This document shows, piece after piece, positions 10,593 to 20,610 of a stretch of DNA of 64,000 nucleotides (within the stretch, counting starts at the first letter, position 1; every line of letters starts with the position of its first letter). The notes below the pieces were generated by a model, which made no database searches, was not told the origin of the DNA, and saw only the letters and a program-made list of their open reading frames with translations. Source of the DNA: a virus; the IMG/VR virus record IMGVR_UViG_3300043429_000467. One strand, written 5' to 3'. Position numbers and translations under genes: made by a program.

Positions 10593-11429
10593 TTAAATCA
10601 TTTTCAATATAGGTGGACTTGTCCAGCCTCTTGGTGCTTTGTGAATGTGTGTATTGTAGAAATTCGTGTTTATTGTATCTGTCATTAAAATTGCAGTCAT
10701 TAAACCAAAATTACCCATAGGCGCATTTACTGAAATTGCCGCATTTACAGTTGTAACAGCGTTTACTGAACCTAAAGCATAAACACAGAATGGAACAGCA
10801 ACAGGAATACCTAAAGATAAACCACCTAATACAGACACGAATCCTAAAGGACCTGCACTAACACCAGTTCCTGCATCAACTCTAGTCATCGATGTGATTT
10901 TATCTGCGGTTAATTCACCAGCAATAGCCAAATCAGAATTTAAATATACGTGGTCACCAGTTGAGATTGTGATTGAACCTAGAGCACCAGCATTAGCACC
11001 AATCGTCATATCATCTTCAGATAGAATCTTAGATTTACCTTTAACTACTTGAGTTAAATCGCCTCTAATTTCTTGTTCTAAATTACCATCAATACGTTCA
11101 TATTTGTTACCTTTGACGTGCATTGTGGCATCACCTTCAATAGTGATATTACAATGTCCTTTAATTAGTATATTTTTGTCTTTAGCAACAATTTCATAAC
11201 CTTCACCAACAATCTTAGTAACTTGAGTGCCGTCAGAATGAGTTTCTGTAAATGTTCCTGAACGGTGTTGAAGTCGAACACGTTCTCTACCAGGAGTATC
11301 ATCCATTTCGAATGAGTGTCCTGATTCTGTTTGTGTTACGTTATTATATGGATACTGAGGTGGATTTTCAGCCGTCGCTTGCGACTCTGGTTCGGTCCAT
11401 CCTCTATCAAAATCTGGTTTAACTGCCAT
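10593..11429 (-). CDS. Beta-helix spike protein (gp5 C-terminal needle-like / VgrG-like)
   Basis: Repetitive beta-strand octad-like segments (ILIKGHCNITIEGDATMHVKGNKYERIDGNLEQEIRGDLTQVVKGKSKI). Immediately downstream of the gp5 N-domain ORF, separated by 8 nt. Confidence 0.5.
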   Translation of the reverse strand: MAVKPDFDRGWTEPESQATAENPPQYPYNNVTQTESGHSFEMDDTPGRERVRLQHRSGTFTETHSDGTQVTKIVGEGYEIVAKDKNILIKGHCNITIEGDATMHVKGNKYERIDGNLEQEIRGDLTQVVKGKSKILSEDDMTIGANAGALGSITISTGDHVYLNSDLAIAGELTADKITSMTRVDAGTGVSAGPLGFVSVLGGLSLGIPVAVPFCVYALGSVNAVTTVNAAISVNAPMGNFGLMTAILMTDTINTNFYNTHIHKAPRGWTSPPILKMI

Positions 11430-11437
11430 TTAAATCC

Positions 11438-12532
11438 CTATGGTTGACTCAATAATTCATTAGAATATGTTGGATTAGCTTCAGAAACATCTTTTGCTGA
11501 AGGAACTGTTTCAGATATATATGCCGACAAAATAACGCCAGCCTCGTCGGCTTCTTTTTTAGATGCTGGTGAAGTTAGCACAGAAACAACTTGAGCAGGA
11601 ACATTCAATAATTCAGTTGCGCTCGATACTGTTTGTTTTGATGTTTCTACTATTTGTTCGGCTACATCAAATAATTCGGTTATATCTGAACTATTTCCCA
11701 TACCATCTAATCCAGGTACAGAAATTAAATCTTTAATCGCTGAGACAATAGCACCAGTAAAGTTAGCCAAACAATCTGCTAATAGTTGTAATAATTTTTG
11801 TGGTAAGCTAAGAATATAATCAATCATAGCTTTAACTCTTCTTGCGTAATCAAGTAAAACTTCTTTGAAATCTAAAATCTCTTCTAAAATTCCTTGATAA
11901 TATTTTAATTCTCTTAAAAAGAATTTAGCTAGAGAAACTATTTTTGACACTTCGCCACTAGGGTCTAATCCTAAAGAAGCGATAAAGGCACGAATAGCTT
12001 TTCTAATAGCATCCATTAAATTACTAAATGCCAATCTAACAATCGCAACATCTTTTTTTAATTCGGATGTGATATCACATACGTGGGATTGACTGTTATT
12101 TGATTCGTCAATAGCGGTGTCTTCAATCTTCTCACGAGCCATAGGAGGCAAAGTAGGTTCACCTACTACATCAGCTTTAAGACCTTCAGGCATTTTTGGT
12201 GCTTGAGCATTCTTAGCGATTGCGTTGATACTCTCTTCAGACATCACGCCAGGATAAACACCCATAATCACAGGTTGTTGTCCGTTATTACCGTCTAAGA
12301 AATAACCAGTTACCCATTCACCTTCACGCATTGAAGAGAATGTTCTTGAACCAGTTGTTGGTTGTATAATTTGCGCCCAAGGCAAGCTGTCGTTTGGTAC
12401 TATGTTTTCATCAAAATCATGCCAGCCAATAATTCTAACTCTAGCACGACCAAGCTTAGATGGGTCTTGTCTATCTTCAACGACACCTATCCACCATACA
12501 AATCCATTTAATCCTGCAAAATCGTTTGACAT
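11438..12532 (-). CDS. gp5: Baseplate hub / cell-puncturing protein, gp5 N-terminal OB-fold homolog, without lysozyme domain
   Basis: NGFVWWIGVVEDRQDPSKLGRARVRIIGWHD...DSLPWAQI matches T4 gp5 NWFVGVVEDVMDPKLIGRVRIRVFGIHS...DLPWAIV. No lysozyme catalytic region recognisable in its 364 aa. Confidence 0.75.
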   Translation of the reverse strand: MSNDFAGLNGFVWWIGVVEDRQDPSKLGRARVRIIGWHDFDENIVPNDSLPWAQIIQPTTGSRTFSSMREGEWVTGYFLDGNNGQQPVIMGVYPGVMSEESINAIAKNAQAPKMPEGLKADVVGEPTLPPMAREKIEDTAIDESNNSQSHVCDITSELKKDVAIVRLAFSNLMDAIRKAIRAFIASLGLDPSGEVSKIVSLAKFFLRELKYYQGILEEILDFKEVLLDYARRVKAMIDYILSLPQKLLQLLADCLANFTGAIVSAIKDLISVPGLDGMGNSSDITELFDVAEQIVETSKQTVSSATELLNVPAQVVSVLTSPASKKEADEAGVILSAYISETVPSAKDVSEANPTYSNELLSQP

Positions 12533-13866
12533 TATGTTACCTGCTTAGTTGAACTTTGATAGACACCATCTTTGTTAGTTGAAGACGTTACTGCTTCAAA
12601 AACAACTTCGTGTTTATCAAATTTAATAATATGTCTAGTAGCTACAATCAAATATTTACCGTAAAGTGACTTATCTAATTGGTCAATCAAACTATCAGTC
12701 GGGTCTCTTTCGGCTCTCTTAGGAATATTTAACATAATATTTAAACCTGAAGTAATGTTAAAGTTACCAGGAAGAACTACTTGAACTCGTTGAGAGTATA
12801 AGTTTTCAAACAATGCTTGTCTCTGTAATAAGTATCTGTATGTGTCATCATCATTGTTAAGTGAAGCTGGGTCTGTCTTTTTAAAATGGTCAACATAAGA
12901 CCTATTTGATGTAAAGAAGTAAACAGATTTCTTAGAATTATATGCTTCAGTATTCAGTGTACCATCTTTTCCAACTACTTGAGTTAATTTCTTAGTCTTA
13001 TTACCATGAGTCATAACATCATAGTGGTCTGCATATGTCAGATTCAACTCACCAACATTTCTAGTCATAGGGTCAAATCCCACAAACTTACCAGCATAAA
13101 CTCCAGCTTTTGTGTTTTGAATGAAGTCAAACTGAGATATCACTTTAATATCTCTAGCACCCCAAATCTCGTCGGTGATATTATCAATAATGTTTTTAGG
13201 ATTAAAGTTAACTGTACCAACAACAGCTTGAGACATCAAAGTTGATAGTGTTGCAAAGTTAAAACCTAATTTGTTCTCAAAGAAAATAAAGTTAGGTGAG
13301 CCATAATTGTCAACTGAGCGTCTAGCACACCATTCAATAGCATCAATAGGTTTTAAATTAGGAATGATTAGCTTCTTAATTCCTGAAGACTCTTCAATTA
13401 AACCTAGATTTTGATATGATATTCTTAAATTATTTTGAAGAATTGACTTGACAATTTTAGAATATGGTTCATTATAAGCTTGATTCAGTGTTTGTTGTTC
13501 AGACAAAATGTATTCATCAGATATGAAGTGAAGAACATAAGTTTCACTTGACATATTTGTGATTTGTCTATTAGATTGTTTGTAGATTCTAAATGACTTA
13601 TTGATTTGAGCAATATCACTGTCTTCAGATTTAGTTATCTTAATCTTTAAGACTTCAGAACCATCAAACATTAGTTTTTCTGATAGACCGACAGCATCAC
13701 GAATCAATATTGTTCCTGATAAACATGGATTCAACAAGTTATCAAAAATATTAATCTCTTCAAATAATCCAGACACATCGATTTCACTAAGGCCAACAGA
13801 CTTAGTGATGATTTTCAGTTCTTTAATTACAAACTGGGTGGATTGAACTATGCTAACATCAGCCAT
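12532..13866 (-). CDS. gp27: Baseplate hub protein, gp27-like
   Basis: 444 aa. Segment DGSEVLKIKITKSED..NKSFRIYKQS resembles T4 gp27 DGNEIIQISVANAND..NVKTRIYGCK. Positioned upstream of the gp5 homolog, as in the T4 order 27..5. Confidence 0.5.
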   Translation of the reverse strand: MADVSIVQSTQFVIKELKIITKSVGLSEIDVSGLFEEINIFDNLLNPCLSGTILIRDAVGLSEKLMFDGSEVLKIKITKSEDSDIAQINKSFRIYKQSNRQITNMSSETYVLHFISDEYILSEQQTLNQAYNEPYSKIVKSILQNNLRISYQNLGLIEESSGIKKLIIPNLKPIDAIEWCARRSVDNYGSPNFIFFENKLGFNFATLSTLMSQAVVGTVNFNPKNIIDNITDEIWGARDIKVISQFDFIQNTKAGVYAGKFVGFDPMTRNVGELNLTYADHYDVMTHGNKTKKLTQVVGKDGTLNTEAYNSKKSVYFFTSNRSYVDHFKKTDPASLNNDDDTYRYLLQRQALFENLYSQRVQVVLPGNFNITSGLNIMLNIPKRAERDPTDSLIDQLDKSLYGKYLIVATRHIIKFDKHEVVFEAVTSSTNKDGVYQSSTKQVT

Positions 13867-14513
13867 TATGAAACAACTCTTCTAAGTTCGTTCTCAACTT
13901 CAGCAATGAATTCACTACGTAATATTTTAATTGTTCGTTTCTCTTCGTTTTTATCAACTTCATATTCATAATGAGTTTTAAAATACTTAACAGTTTCGAT
14001 TCTAATACGATTACCATCTTGTAATGTATACGAATTTGTTGATGATGTGGCAGTATTCGCATATGTGTTTGCGTCAATCGCAATATCTTCAACTAAAATT
14101 ACTTTGTTAGTCTTATCATTGATTGTTGTTTTTTTATTATAATATGAATAAACATTCGTCGATGCCCAATCCATACCAGTTTGACCCATTTGTGAGTTTG
14201 CTCTAGGTTCATATTTCTTATCAATATAAAGATATAACGAATTGGTATCCATTAACCAATCAAATTGAGGATGCTGAATATCATTATAGTTTAGAATAAC
14301 CCAATGCTTTTCAGACGAACCATAAATTTTATCTGCAATAATCTCAGGTGTTTCACCATCTTTAATTCTGTAGTCGTAATAGACAGAACTATTTTGCTTA
14401 AATGCAGGGTCAAAATTAAAACGAGTCATAAGATTAGTAACAACTTCAACACTTGTTGAATTGTTCGCTAATGTATATGCTGTCGTTGGAAAGAAGTTAA
14501 AATATTTTGCCAT
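13866..14513 (-). CDS. gp53: Baseplate wedge protein, T4 gp53 homolog
   Basis: ADKIYGSSEKHWVILNYNDIQHPQFDW parallels T4 gp53 ANAIYGNPQLYWVLLMCNDNYDPYYGW. 215 aa versus 196 aa. Confidence 0.7.
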   Translation of the reverse strand: MAKYFNFFPTTAYTLANNSTSVEVVTNLMTRFNFDPAFKQNSSVYYDYRIKDGETPEIIADKIYGSSEKHWVILNYNDIQHPQFDWLMDTNSLYLYIDKKYEPRANSQMGQTGMDWASTNVYSYYNKKTTINDKTNKVILVEDIAIDANTYANTATSSTNSYTLQDGNRIRIETVKYFKTHYEYEVDKNEEKRTIKILRSEFIAEVENELRRVVS

Positions 14514-14521
14514 AGTTATCT

Positions 14522-15751
14522 CTATCTAGTAACCTGACTAGTTTGACCGCCAGGTAAATAAGCGTAATCAAATTTAGTAAGAATTTGAGTTTCTTTAAAT
14601 GTTAATGATAATCTGATACCAACAGGCATACCTGTACCGCCTAATTTAGCGTCTAGTGTATCTGAAGCTTCGTATGCGGCAAACTGTCCGTTAGGTGCAT
14701 AATCGGTATCTATTCCTGCTAACACACAAGTTGATATTTTTGGAATGTTTGGATTAATATCACCGTTATAATAAAAAGATATATCAAATTCAGAAGGAGG
14801 AACTAAAAATAAACCGCCTGTACTTCCAACACTGCCTTGACCTAACACTTCAGGTGCTTGATGAAATCTTAATCTGTTAATAATCTTTTGAATTTCTAAA
14901 GCTTCTTTTTGACTTCTTGGATATAACATGAACTCAAATCTGAATGTTCTAAACTCAGGACTTGAATATAATAATTCTAATTGAGGATTATTGACAGCAC
15001 CAAACTGACCTGCAAAAACAGCATCGCCTGGTCCACCTAACAATGCGCCTGCGGCTCTAGATGCTATGAATGGTGATGCATTTTTTAATGTACTTAATAC
15101 ACTATCCTTTACACCTTTACCACCTTTAAGACCTTCAATCAGTGAATAACCTGCTTCACCACCAACAGCAATTAGAGGTAAAGCACCTTGATTCATACTA
15201 ACATCAGAATAGCCTTGATTATAACTAAACTGTAATGTATCTGGCATGTATAGTGCGATAGTGTCTGTGGTGCGACGAACTGTTCTTAAAAAACTAGGCT
15301 TATTTAATTGTGTTGTTGCTTCTCTATACTTAGCTTCATATGTGTTCGAACTATTTAAATGTAAAGGAGTAATCTTATTAGTTTCGCTACGTAAAGCATT
15401 CACGGCTTCGATACCATAATTGATAGCATCTTCAGTTAAACCTAAAGCTTTACCTACAACATTATTTGTTGCATTAACAACACTAACGGAACCTTTATTT
15501 TCTGTCTGAAGTAAGTTTAGATTTTGTTCTACTGTCATGGCTCCCATATCACCATCAGCAGATTTATATTGTGTTTTTGTTTGTTGACCAATATTAATAA
15601 TCATATAGTGACCTTTGTCGTAATTACCAAGGTCAATAGGATATCTAAATATGTTGTTATGATAACGGAAATCGACACCTAAATTTTGATTGGTGCTCTC
15701 GTTTCTGACTTCTTCTTTAAAGTCGATATCAGTTAGATTAAATAATGACAT
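14522..15751 (-). CDS. Baseplate/tail-tube junction protein (possibly gp48/gp54-class)
   Basis: 409 aa, between gp53 and the divergently transcribed gp4. C-terminal FRTFRFEFMLYPRS segment. A late-promoter TATAAATA (complement of 15774-15781) lies upstream. Confidence 0.35.
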   Translation of the reverse strand: MSLFNLTDIDFKEEVRNESTNQNLGVDFRYHNNIFRYPIDLGNYDKGHYMIINIGQQTKTQYKSADGDMGAMTVEQNLNLLQTENKGSVSVVNATNNVVGKALGLTEDAINYGIEAVNALRSETNKITPLHLNSSNTYEAKYREATTQLNKPSFLRTVRRTTDTIALYMPDTLQFSYNQGYSDVSMNQGALPLIAVGGEAGYSLIEGLKGGKGVKDSVLSTLKNASPFIASRAAGALLGGPGDAVFAGQFGAVNNPQLELLYSSPEFRTFRFEFMLYPRSQKEALEIQKIINRLRFHQAPEVLGQGSVGSTGGLFLVPPSEFDISFYYNGDINPNIPKISTCVLAGIDTDYAPNGQFAAYEASDTLDAKLGGTGMPVGIRLSLTFKETQILTKFDYAYLPGGQTSQVTR

Positions 15752-15773
15752 TTTATTCCTTTAGTTAGCTATA

Positions 15774-15781
15774 TATTTATA
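15774..15781 (-). promoter_or_regulatory. T4-type late promoter TATAAATA (minus strand)
   Basis: Complement reads TATAAATA, in the divergent region between the 14522-15751 gene and gp4. Confidence 0.45.
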
Positions 15782-16230
15782 TGAGTTTCGGACATAAAAC
15801 ATACAAGGGCATTTTCAGTCCCAGTAAACCTGAAAAATATAGAGGTGATGCAACAAACATCATATATCGTTCTTCTTGGGAATTAAGAGTGATGAAATGG
15901 TTTGATTCACATCCTGAAGTTGTATGGTGGTGCTCAGAAGAGTTAGTCATTCCTTATCTTAGTCCAGTTGATAATAAGAGACATCGATACTTTCCAGACT
16001 TTATTGCTAAGATGAAACGTAAAGATGGAACAGTTATGACTTATGTAATCGAAGTTAAACCTGACGCTCAAACTAAGATGCCAACACAAAAGCGTAAAAC
16101 AAAACGTTTTATTGCTGAAGCCGCTACATATGCTATCAATCAAGAAAAATGGAAAGCCGCAGATAGATTCTGCCAAGAACATGGCTGGCAGTTTTTAGTC
16201 TTAACTGAAAAGCATTTAGGTTTGTATTAG
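15781..16230 (+). CDS. gp4: Head completion protein, T4 gp4 homolog
   Basis: YRSSWELRVMKWFDSHPEVVWW...PYLSPVDNKRHRYFPDF...YVIEVKP...FIAEAATYAINQEKWKAA matches T4 gp4 (YRSSWE...PYISPKDNKRHNYHPDF...LVEVKP...YISEMATYAINRAKWNAA). Confidence 0.85.
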   Translation: MSFGHKTYKGIFSPSKPEKYRGDATNIIYRSSWELRVMKWFDSHPEVVWWCSEELVIPYLSPVDNKRHRYFPDFIAKMKRKDGTVMTYVIEVKPDAQTKMPTQKRKTKRFIAEAATYAINQEKWKAADRFCQEHGWQFLVLTEKHLGLY

Positions 16231-16234
16231 TGGT

Positions 16235-16242
16235 ATAAATAG
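16235..16242 (+). promoter_or_regulatory. T4-type late promoter TATAAATA
   Basis: Exact TATAAATA 4 nt upstream of the 16246 start (gp2-like gene). Confidence 0.5.
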
Positions 16243-16245
16243 TTA

Positions 16246-16824
16246 ATGGCATATTTAATTGATAGACTAAAACAACAACTAGGTGAAACTGGAAAACAAT
16301 CTGGTTCTCGTCGTGCTCGTCAATGGATTAGACAAAAAGTAAAAGACTTGGCTAATGCTAGACGAACTATTATGTTAGATAATAAAAGAAAAGTTACATT
16401 ACCATGGATTGGTAAAATGTATTTTTACTTTTACGACCCTAAAACTAAAGATTCTCTTCCGTACTATGATAAGTTTCCTTTAGTTATTCCTATTGAGCAC
16501 TATAAAGATGGCTTTCTAGGTCTAAACTTACACTATATTCATCCTAAACAACGTTTATTGTTATTGGATAGTCTAAGCGAATATGCAACAAATAGCAGAT
16601 ATGATGCATCAACAAAATTAAGATTAAGTTATAGTTTATTAGCGAATGCTTCTAAGCATTACCAATTTGCACCATGTTTAAAAAGATATTTGTATAGTCA
16701 TGTACAAAGTCAGTTTTTAGAAATACAAGCCGACGAGTGGGATATTGCTGTACTATTACCAGCAGAAAACTTTGCAAAAGCTGAAAAATCTCAAGTTTTT
16801 GCTGACTCAAGGAAGAAATTTTAA
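16246..16824 (+). CDS. gp2-like DNA end protector protein (tentative)
   Basis: Follows gp4, as gene 2 does in T4. T4 late promoter TATAAATA at 16235-16242 just upstream. Assignment rests on synteny plus a vaguely remembered FYDPKTKDSLPYYD-type motif. Confidence 0.4.
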   Translation: MAYLIDRLKQQLGETGKQSGSRRARQWIRQKVKDLANARRTIMLDNKRKVTLPWIGKMYFYFYDPKTKDSLPYYDKFPLVIPIEHYKDGFLGLNLHYIHPKQRLLLLDSLSEYATNSRYDASTKLRLSYSLLANASKHYQFAPCLKRYLYSHVQSQFLEIQADEWDIAVLLPAENFAKAEKSQVFADSRKKF

Positions 16825-17582
16825 TGTCATTCAGTCCTAATTTATTTTTGTCAAACGTCAAAGCTAAGGCTGGTTTAGCCAGACCTAATAGATTTGAAGT
16901 TATATTACCTATTCCTACGTATGTTGGTAACTTCGTATCGACTAGTACACTTGAACAGATTGTTAACTTACCGAATACTATATTCACAACAATCACTGAA
17001 GCATTAAATAAAGGTATAGAAGATAGTCCACAATCGATTTCTTCTAGTCCTTCTATCTCTAGATACTTAGCATTACAATGTGAATCAGCAGAATTGCCTG
17101 GTCGTTCTATTCTAACAACCGATGTTAAAATTTATGGACCTACATTTAAAGTTCCATATCAAACACAATATGATGAAATTACATTGACATTCTTGTGTAC
17201 AAACGAATTCTATGAACGCAAGTTGTTTGATAGATGGTTAGAATGCATTATGCCTTCAGATACAAATAACTTAAGATTCCCTAAAGATGATGAAACTCGA
17301 TATATGACTAACATTAAAGTTATTCAGTATGATGATTTCATTAAACAGATTTATGCAGTTGAATTAGTCGATGCGTTTCCTGTTGGAATTGCACCACAAC
17401 AAGTTAGTTGGTCTGACGATGGATTCCATAGAATCTCAATTAGATTTGCGTATCAGAAATATAAAGTAGTATACAAAGGACAATATAATATCAGTCAAGC
17501 AGTTGCGGCTGTATTCGGTTCTTTTGGTGAGCGAGTATTACAATCTTACGGAGATAGATTGGCTCAAGATTTATTTGTTTAA
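16824..17582 (+). CDS. Tail tube family protein (gp19/gp54/gp3-class fold)
   Basis: N-terminal ARPNRFEVIL and C-terminal FHRISIRFAYQKYKV mirror the ARPNLFQV / FEVTLALDYWE ends of T4 gp19 and the QRNNMFSCVF / FDVTFAYRV ends of gp54. 252 aa. Confidence 0.55.
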   Translation: MSFSPNLFLSNVKAKAGLARPNRFEVILPIPTYVGNFVSTSTLEQIVNLPNTIFTTITEALNKGIEDSPQSISSSPSISRYLALQCESAELPGRSILTTDVKIYGPTFKVPYQTQYDEITLTFLCTNEFYERKLFDRWLECIMPSDTNNLRFPKDDETRYMTNIKVIQYDDFIKQIYAVELVDAFPVGIAPQQVSWSDDGFHRISIRFAYQKYKVVYKGQYNISQAVAAVFGSFGERVLQSYGDRLAQDLFV

Positions 17583-17599
17583 TTATTATTGGAGATAAT

Positions 17600-18340
17600 A
17601 TGGCTTTACCCAAAATTGATGTGCCTGAGTATGAATGTATTTTACCTTCTAACAAGAAAAAAGTCAAGTTCAGACCTTTTCTAGTTAAAGAACAGAAATT
17701 ACTATTAATGGCTACCGAAGCTACTGAAGTAAAAGATTCTGTTGATGCGATGAAAAAAGTCGTAAAGAATTGTGTGCTAGGTGACATAAACGTAGACGCT
17801 TTGCCTGTATTTGATTTAGAGTTTTTATTCTTGAATCTAAGAGCAAGGTCAGTTGGCGAAGTTGTTAAAGTTAAATATAAATGTAACAACATCATTCAAC
17901 CTTCTGGTATCGATGAAGAAGAAAAACGATGTGACAACATTGTAGATGTTGATATTAATGTATTGGAAATTAATCCTGATTTTGGACCAAATCACAGTAA
18001 TAAGATTGAGTTGTCTGATAAGTTAGGTATCATGTTCAATTATCCTACATTTGAGATGGTTGAAAACATGACAGGTAAATCTGAGAATGAAGTTATTTTT
18101 GATTTAATCATTAAGAGTATTGATTATATCTATGATGAAGACCAAATTTACTATGCAAAAGATTCATCACAAGAAGAATTGATTGAGTTTATTGATGGAC
18201 TTCAACAAGAACACTTAGAAAAGATTAAAGACTTCTTTGATACTTTACCTAAGATTAAAAAAGATATTCATTTTGAATGTAAGAAATGTGGACATCACGA
18301 AGACATTGTGATTGAGGGTATACAAAATTTTTTCGTATAA
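17600..18340 (+). CDS. Hypothetical virion/assembly protein with C-terminal zinc ribbon (HFECKKCGHHED)
   Basis: 246 aa, acidic, CxxC...C-type terminus. Position compatible with a hub-assembly gene (26/51/28 class); not resolved. Confidence 0.35.
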   Translation: MALPKIDVPEYECILPSNKKKVKFRPFLVKEQKLLLMATEATEVKDSVDAMKKVVKNCVLGDINVDALPVFDLEFLFLNLRARSVGEVVKVKYKCNNIIQPSGIDEEEKRCDNIVDVDINVLEINPDFGPNHSNKIELSDKLGIMFNYPTFEMVENMTGKSENEVIFDLIIKSIDYIYDEDQIYYAKDSSQEELIEFIDGLQQEHLEKIKDFFDTLPKIKKDIHFECKKCGHHEDIVIEGIQNFFV

Positions 18341-18527
18341 GCCTTTCCCATGATTCGTTGAATAATTATTATAAGACTAATTTTGCATTGATACATCATC
18401 ACAAATATAGTCTGACTGAATTAGATGATATGATTCCTTGGGAAAGGGAAATTTATATGACATTGTTGATGCAACACTTAGAACAAGAAAAACAACGGTT
18501 AGAACAACAAAAAATTAGGAAATAAAA

Positions 18528-20567
18528 ATGGCGGCAAAAAGAGGTAGATTCGAAGAGATTTACAGACAGAAGACTCAAGGTGGTGAAAGTACATTTTCAG
18601 CACTGAAGTCTACTGCGGCTGAACGTCGAAAAGAATTGACTGATTTACGTCGTATGTTTCCTACGTCTGGTATCTTGGGTGCCATGCTTGAGTCTGCTTT
18701 CGGTAAAGCTTACAAGTATAAAGGTAAAGGTACACCTGGTGTTGCAGGTAAAGATACCTCGTCTATCGATAACAAAACACTGAATGTTATTAGATTAAAC
18801 ACAGCAATCACCGCTAAAAACTCTATGGTATTGCCTGGTATGGCACGTGACATGAACGTGATGCGCCAAAACATCGTTAAGATGGCTAAACAATCAACAG
18901 GAAGTGCCGCAACAAAAGCGGATGCATTCTTTCTTAAATCTAAAGAGCGTGAAAATGCTTATGAATCCGAAATTGCAGGTAAATCACCTAGTAGAGCAGA
19001 CGGAAAACAATCAGCTAAAGATAAAGAAAAAAGTGGATTCTTTAGTGGCTTATTAGGTAGTATTTTAAGCATGAGTATTAAAGATATATTAGCAGGATTA
19101 TTAAAAGGTGGATTGATTGGAGGACTCTTAGTTGGTATTGGTAAATACTTTACAGACCCTGAATTTAGAAAGTCTGTCAATGACATGCTGAATAATCTTG
19201 GTGAAGCTGTATTTGGTGCTGAATATTGGGAAAAGTTAAAGAAAGACATTCAAGAAAATCTTGTTGATGGTGCTTTAATTGTTGGTGGTTCTTACTTAGC
19301 ATTCAAAGTAGCTTCAAATCTATTATCTACAGCAGTTACTGCATTAGCCACAAACATATCAACCACATTAGCTAGTTTCTTAAGACATCCAGCAGTTTTA
19401 GCTTTTGCGGCAGTTGGTGCCGCTGGTGCGATTGCAGTAAAATCTCAAATGAAAGCAGAAGTTGGTGCGGCTAAGAAAAATCTAAAGTATGCTGAAGAAG
19501 GTGATTTAGAAAAATTGAAATTAGGTGTAGCGGAATCATTCTTAGATGAAAATTATGATAAGAATTTAGGATATAATCCAGGCACAACTAAAGAAGATAA
19601 AAATTTAGATAAAATGGAACGTGCTGAAGTTAGAAAGCTTTTACAGAAAGCTGTTGCAGGTGGTTCTAAGAAAGCACAAAACGCATTGAATAGATTAGAC
19701 GCTTCATATGGCGTTGGTCCTACAATGAATAAAGAACAACAAGAAGTGCAGACTAAGATAGATGCACTTATTGCTGAACGAGAAAACTTAAAGAAAACAA
19801 AACCAGCCGATAGTGAATCTCAAAAACTAAGAATTTCTGAAGAAATTTCTAAGCTTCAAAAACAAAAAAGAGAACTACGAGGTGTATCACCTACTGTTGA
19901 ATCTTCAGTTGATAGTTCTAGTGCGTCACCTACACAATTAACTTCAGACGTTAAATTTAGTGATTTAACTCCTGAACAACAATTAATTGTTATTAGAGAG
20001 CAAAGAAGACAAGAAGGATTCTATCCAGGTTCAGCATCGTATGATTTGAATAATCCTGGCAATATGGTTTATTCAGAACAGACAGCTAAGTTTGGTGCTA
20101 TTAAAGACCCATCAGGTATGAGAGGTACTGGTGATGTTAAAGGTAAACTAGCACAATTTCCTTCACTTGAAGCAGGTGAACAGGCTCAAAGAGATTTACT
20201 TGCGAACGGAGTTAATTACAGAAACCTATCTTTAGATGAAGCATTAAAACGATGGACTGGTTCACAAAAGAATCCACAAGAATCAGCAAACTATAGAAGT
20301 AATATTTTTGCTAAGTTACAGATTGACCATACAGAAGCAGTGAATGAAAACACTGTTGCAGTTAACAATTTGAATAAAAAAATGGATGAAGAAAAAAATG
20401 CTACTATGACTGAGATGTTAGCCGCATTAATTCAAGGCATGAGTGGTTCAGGTACTACAGTTAATAATGTGAATAATACTTCAGTTGCTAGTGCAGGTAG
20501 TGTTGCTTCACCATATAATGAAGATATGCTTGCGCTGTTTAAACAAAGAGCATCAGTAGGACTATAG
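18528..20567 (+). CDS. Tail tape-measure-like protein (gp29-class), 679 aa
   Basis: Long predicted alpha-helical/coiled regions; Gly-rich hydrophobic segments (FFSGLLGSILSMSIKDILAGLLKGGLIGGLLVGIG; LAFAAVGAAGAIAV). Followed by a perfect bidirectional terminator. Confidence 0.4.
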   Translation: MAAKRGRFEEIYRQKTQGGESTFSALKSTAAERRKELTDLRRMFPTSGILGAMLESAFGKAYKYKGKGTPGVAGKDTSSIDNKTLNVIRLNTAITAKNSMVLPGMARDMNVMRQNIVKMAKQSTGSAATKADAFFLKSKERENAYESEIAGKSPSRADGKQSAKDKEKSGFFSGLLGSILSMSIKDILAGLLKGGLIGGLLVGIGKYFTDPEFRKSVNDMLNNLGEAVFGAEYWEKLKKDIQENLVDGALIVGGSYLAFKVASNLLSTAVTALATNISTTLASFLRHPAVLAFAAVGAAGAIAVKSQMKAEVGAAKKNLKYAEEGDLEKLKLGVAESFLDENYDKNLGYNPGTTKEDKNLDKMERAEVRKLLQKAVAGGSKKAQNALNRLDASYGVGPTMNKEQQEVQTKIDALIAERENLKKTKPADSESQKLRISEEISKLQKQKRELRGVSPTVESSVDSSSASPTQLTSDVKFSDLTPEQQLIVIREQRRQEGFYPGSASYDLNNPGNMVYSEQTAKFGAIKDPSGMRGTGDVKGKLAQFPSLEAGEQAQRDLLANGVNYRNLSLDEALKRWTGSQKNPQESANYRSNIFAKLQIDHTEAVNENTVAVNNLNKKMDEEKNATMTEMLAALIQGMSGSGTTVNNVNNTSVASAGSVASPYNEDMLALFKQRASVGL

Positions 20568-20579
20568 ACGTAAAAAAAG

Positions 20580-20608
20580 GGAGACGAATCTCCCTTTTTC
20601 TTTATGCT
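20580..20608. terminator. Bidirectional rho-independent terminator between convergent genes
   Basis: aaaaaaa-AGGGAGA-cgaa-TCTCCCT-tttt: perfect 7-bp stem flanked by an A-run and a T-run, between the tape-measure-like gene (+) and gp32 (-). Confidence 0.75.
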
Positions 20609-20610
20609 AA

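Noticed and set aside
13859-14092. Track ORF 13859-14092 (-) overlapping the gp53 homolog
   Set aside because: Different frame within the conserved gp53 coding sequence; Lys/Ile/Leu-rich low-complexity translation; shadow ORF.
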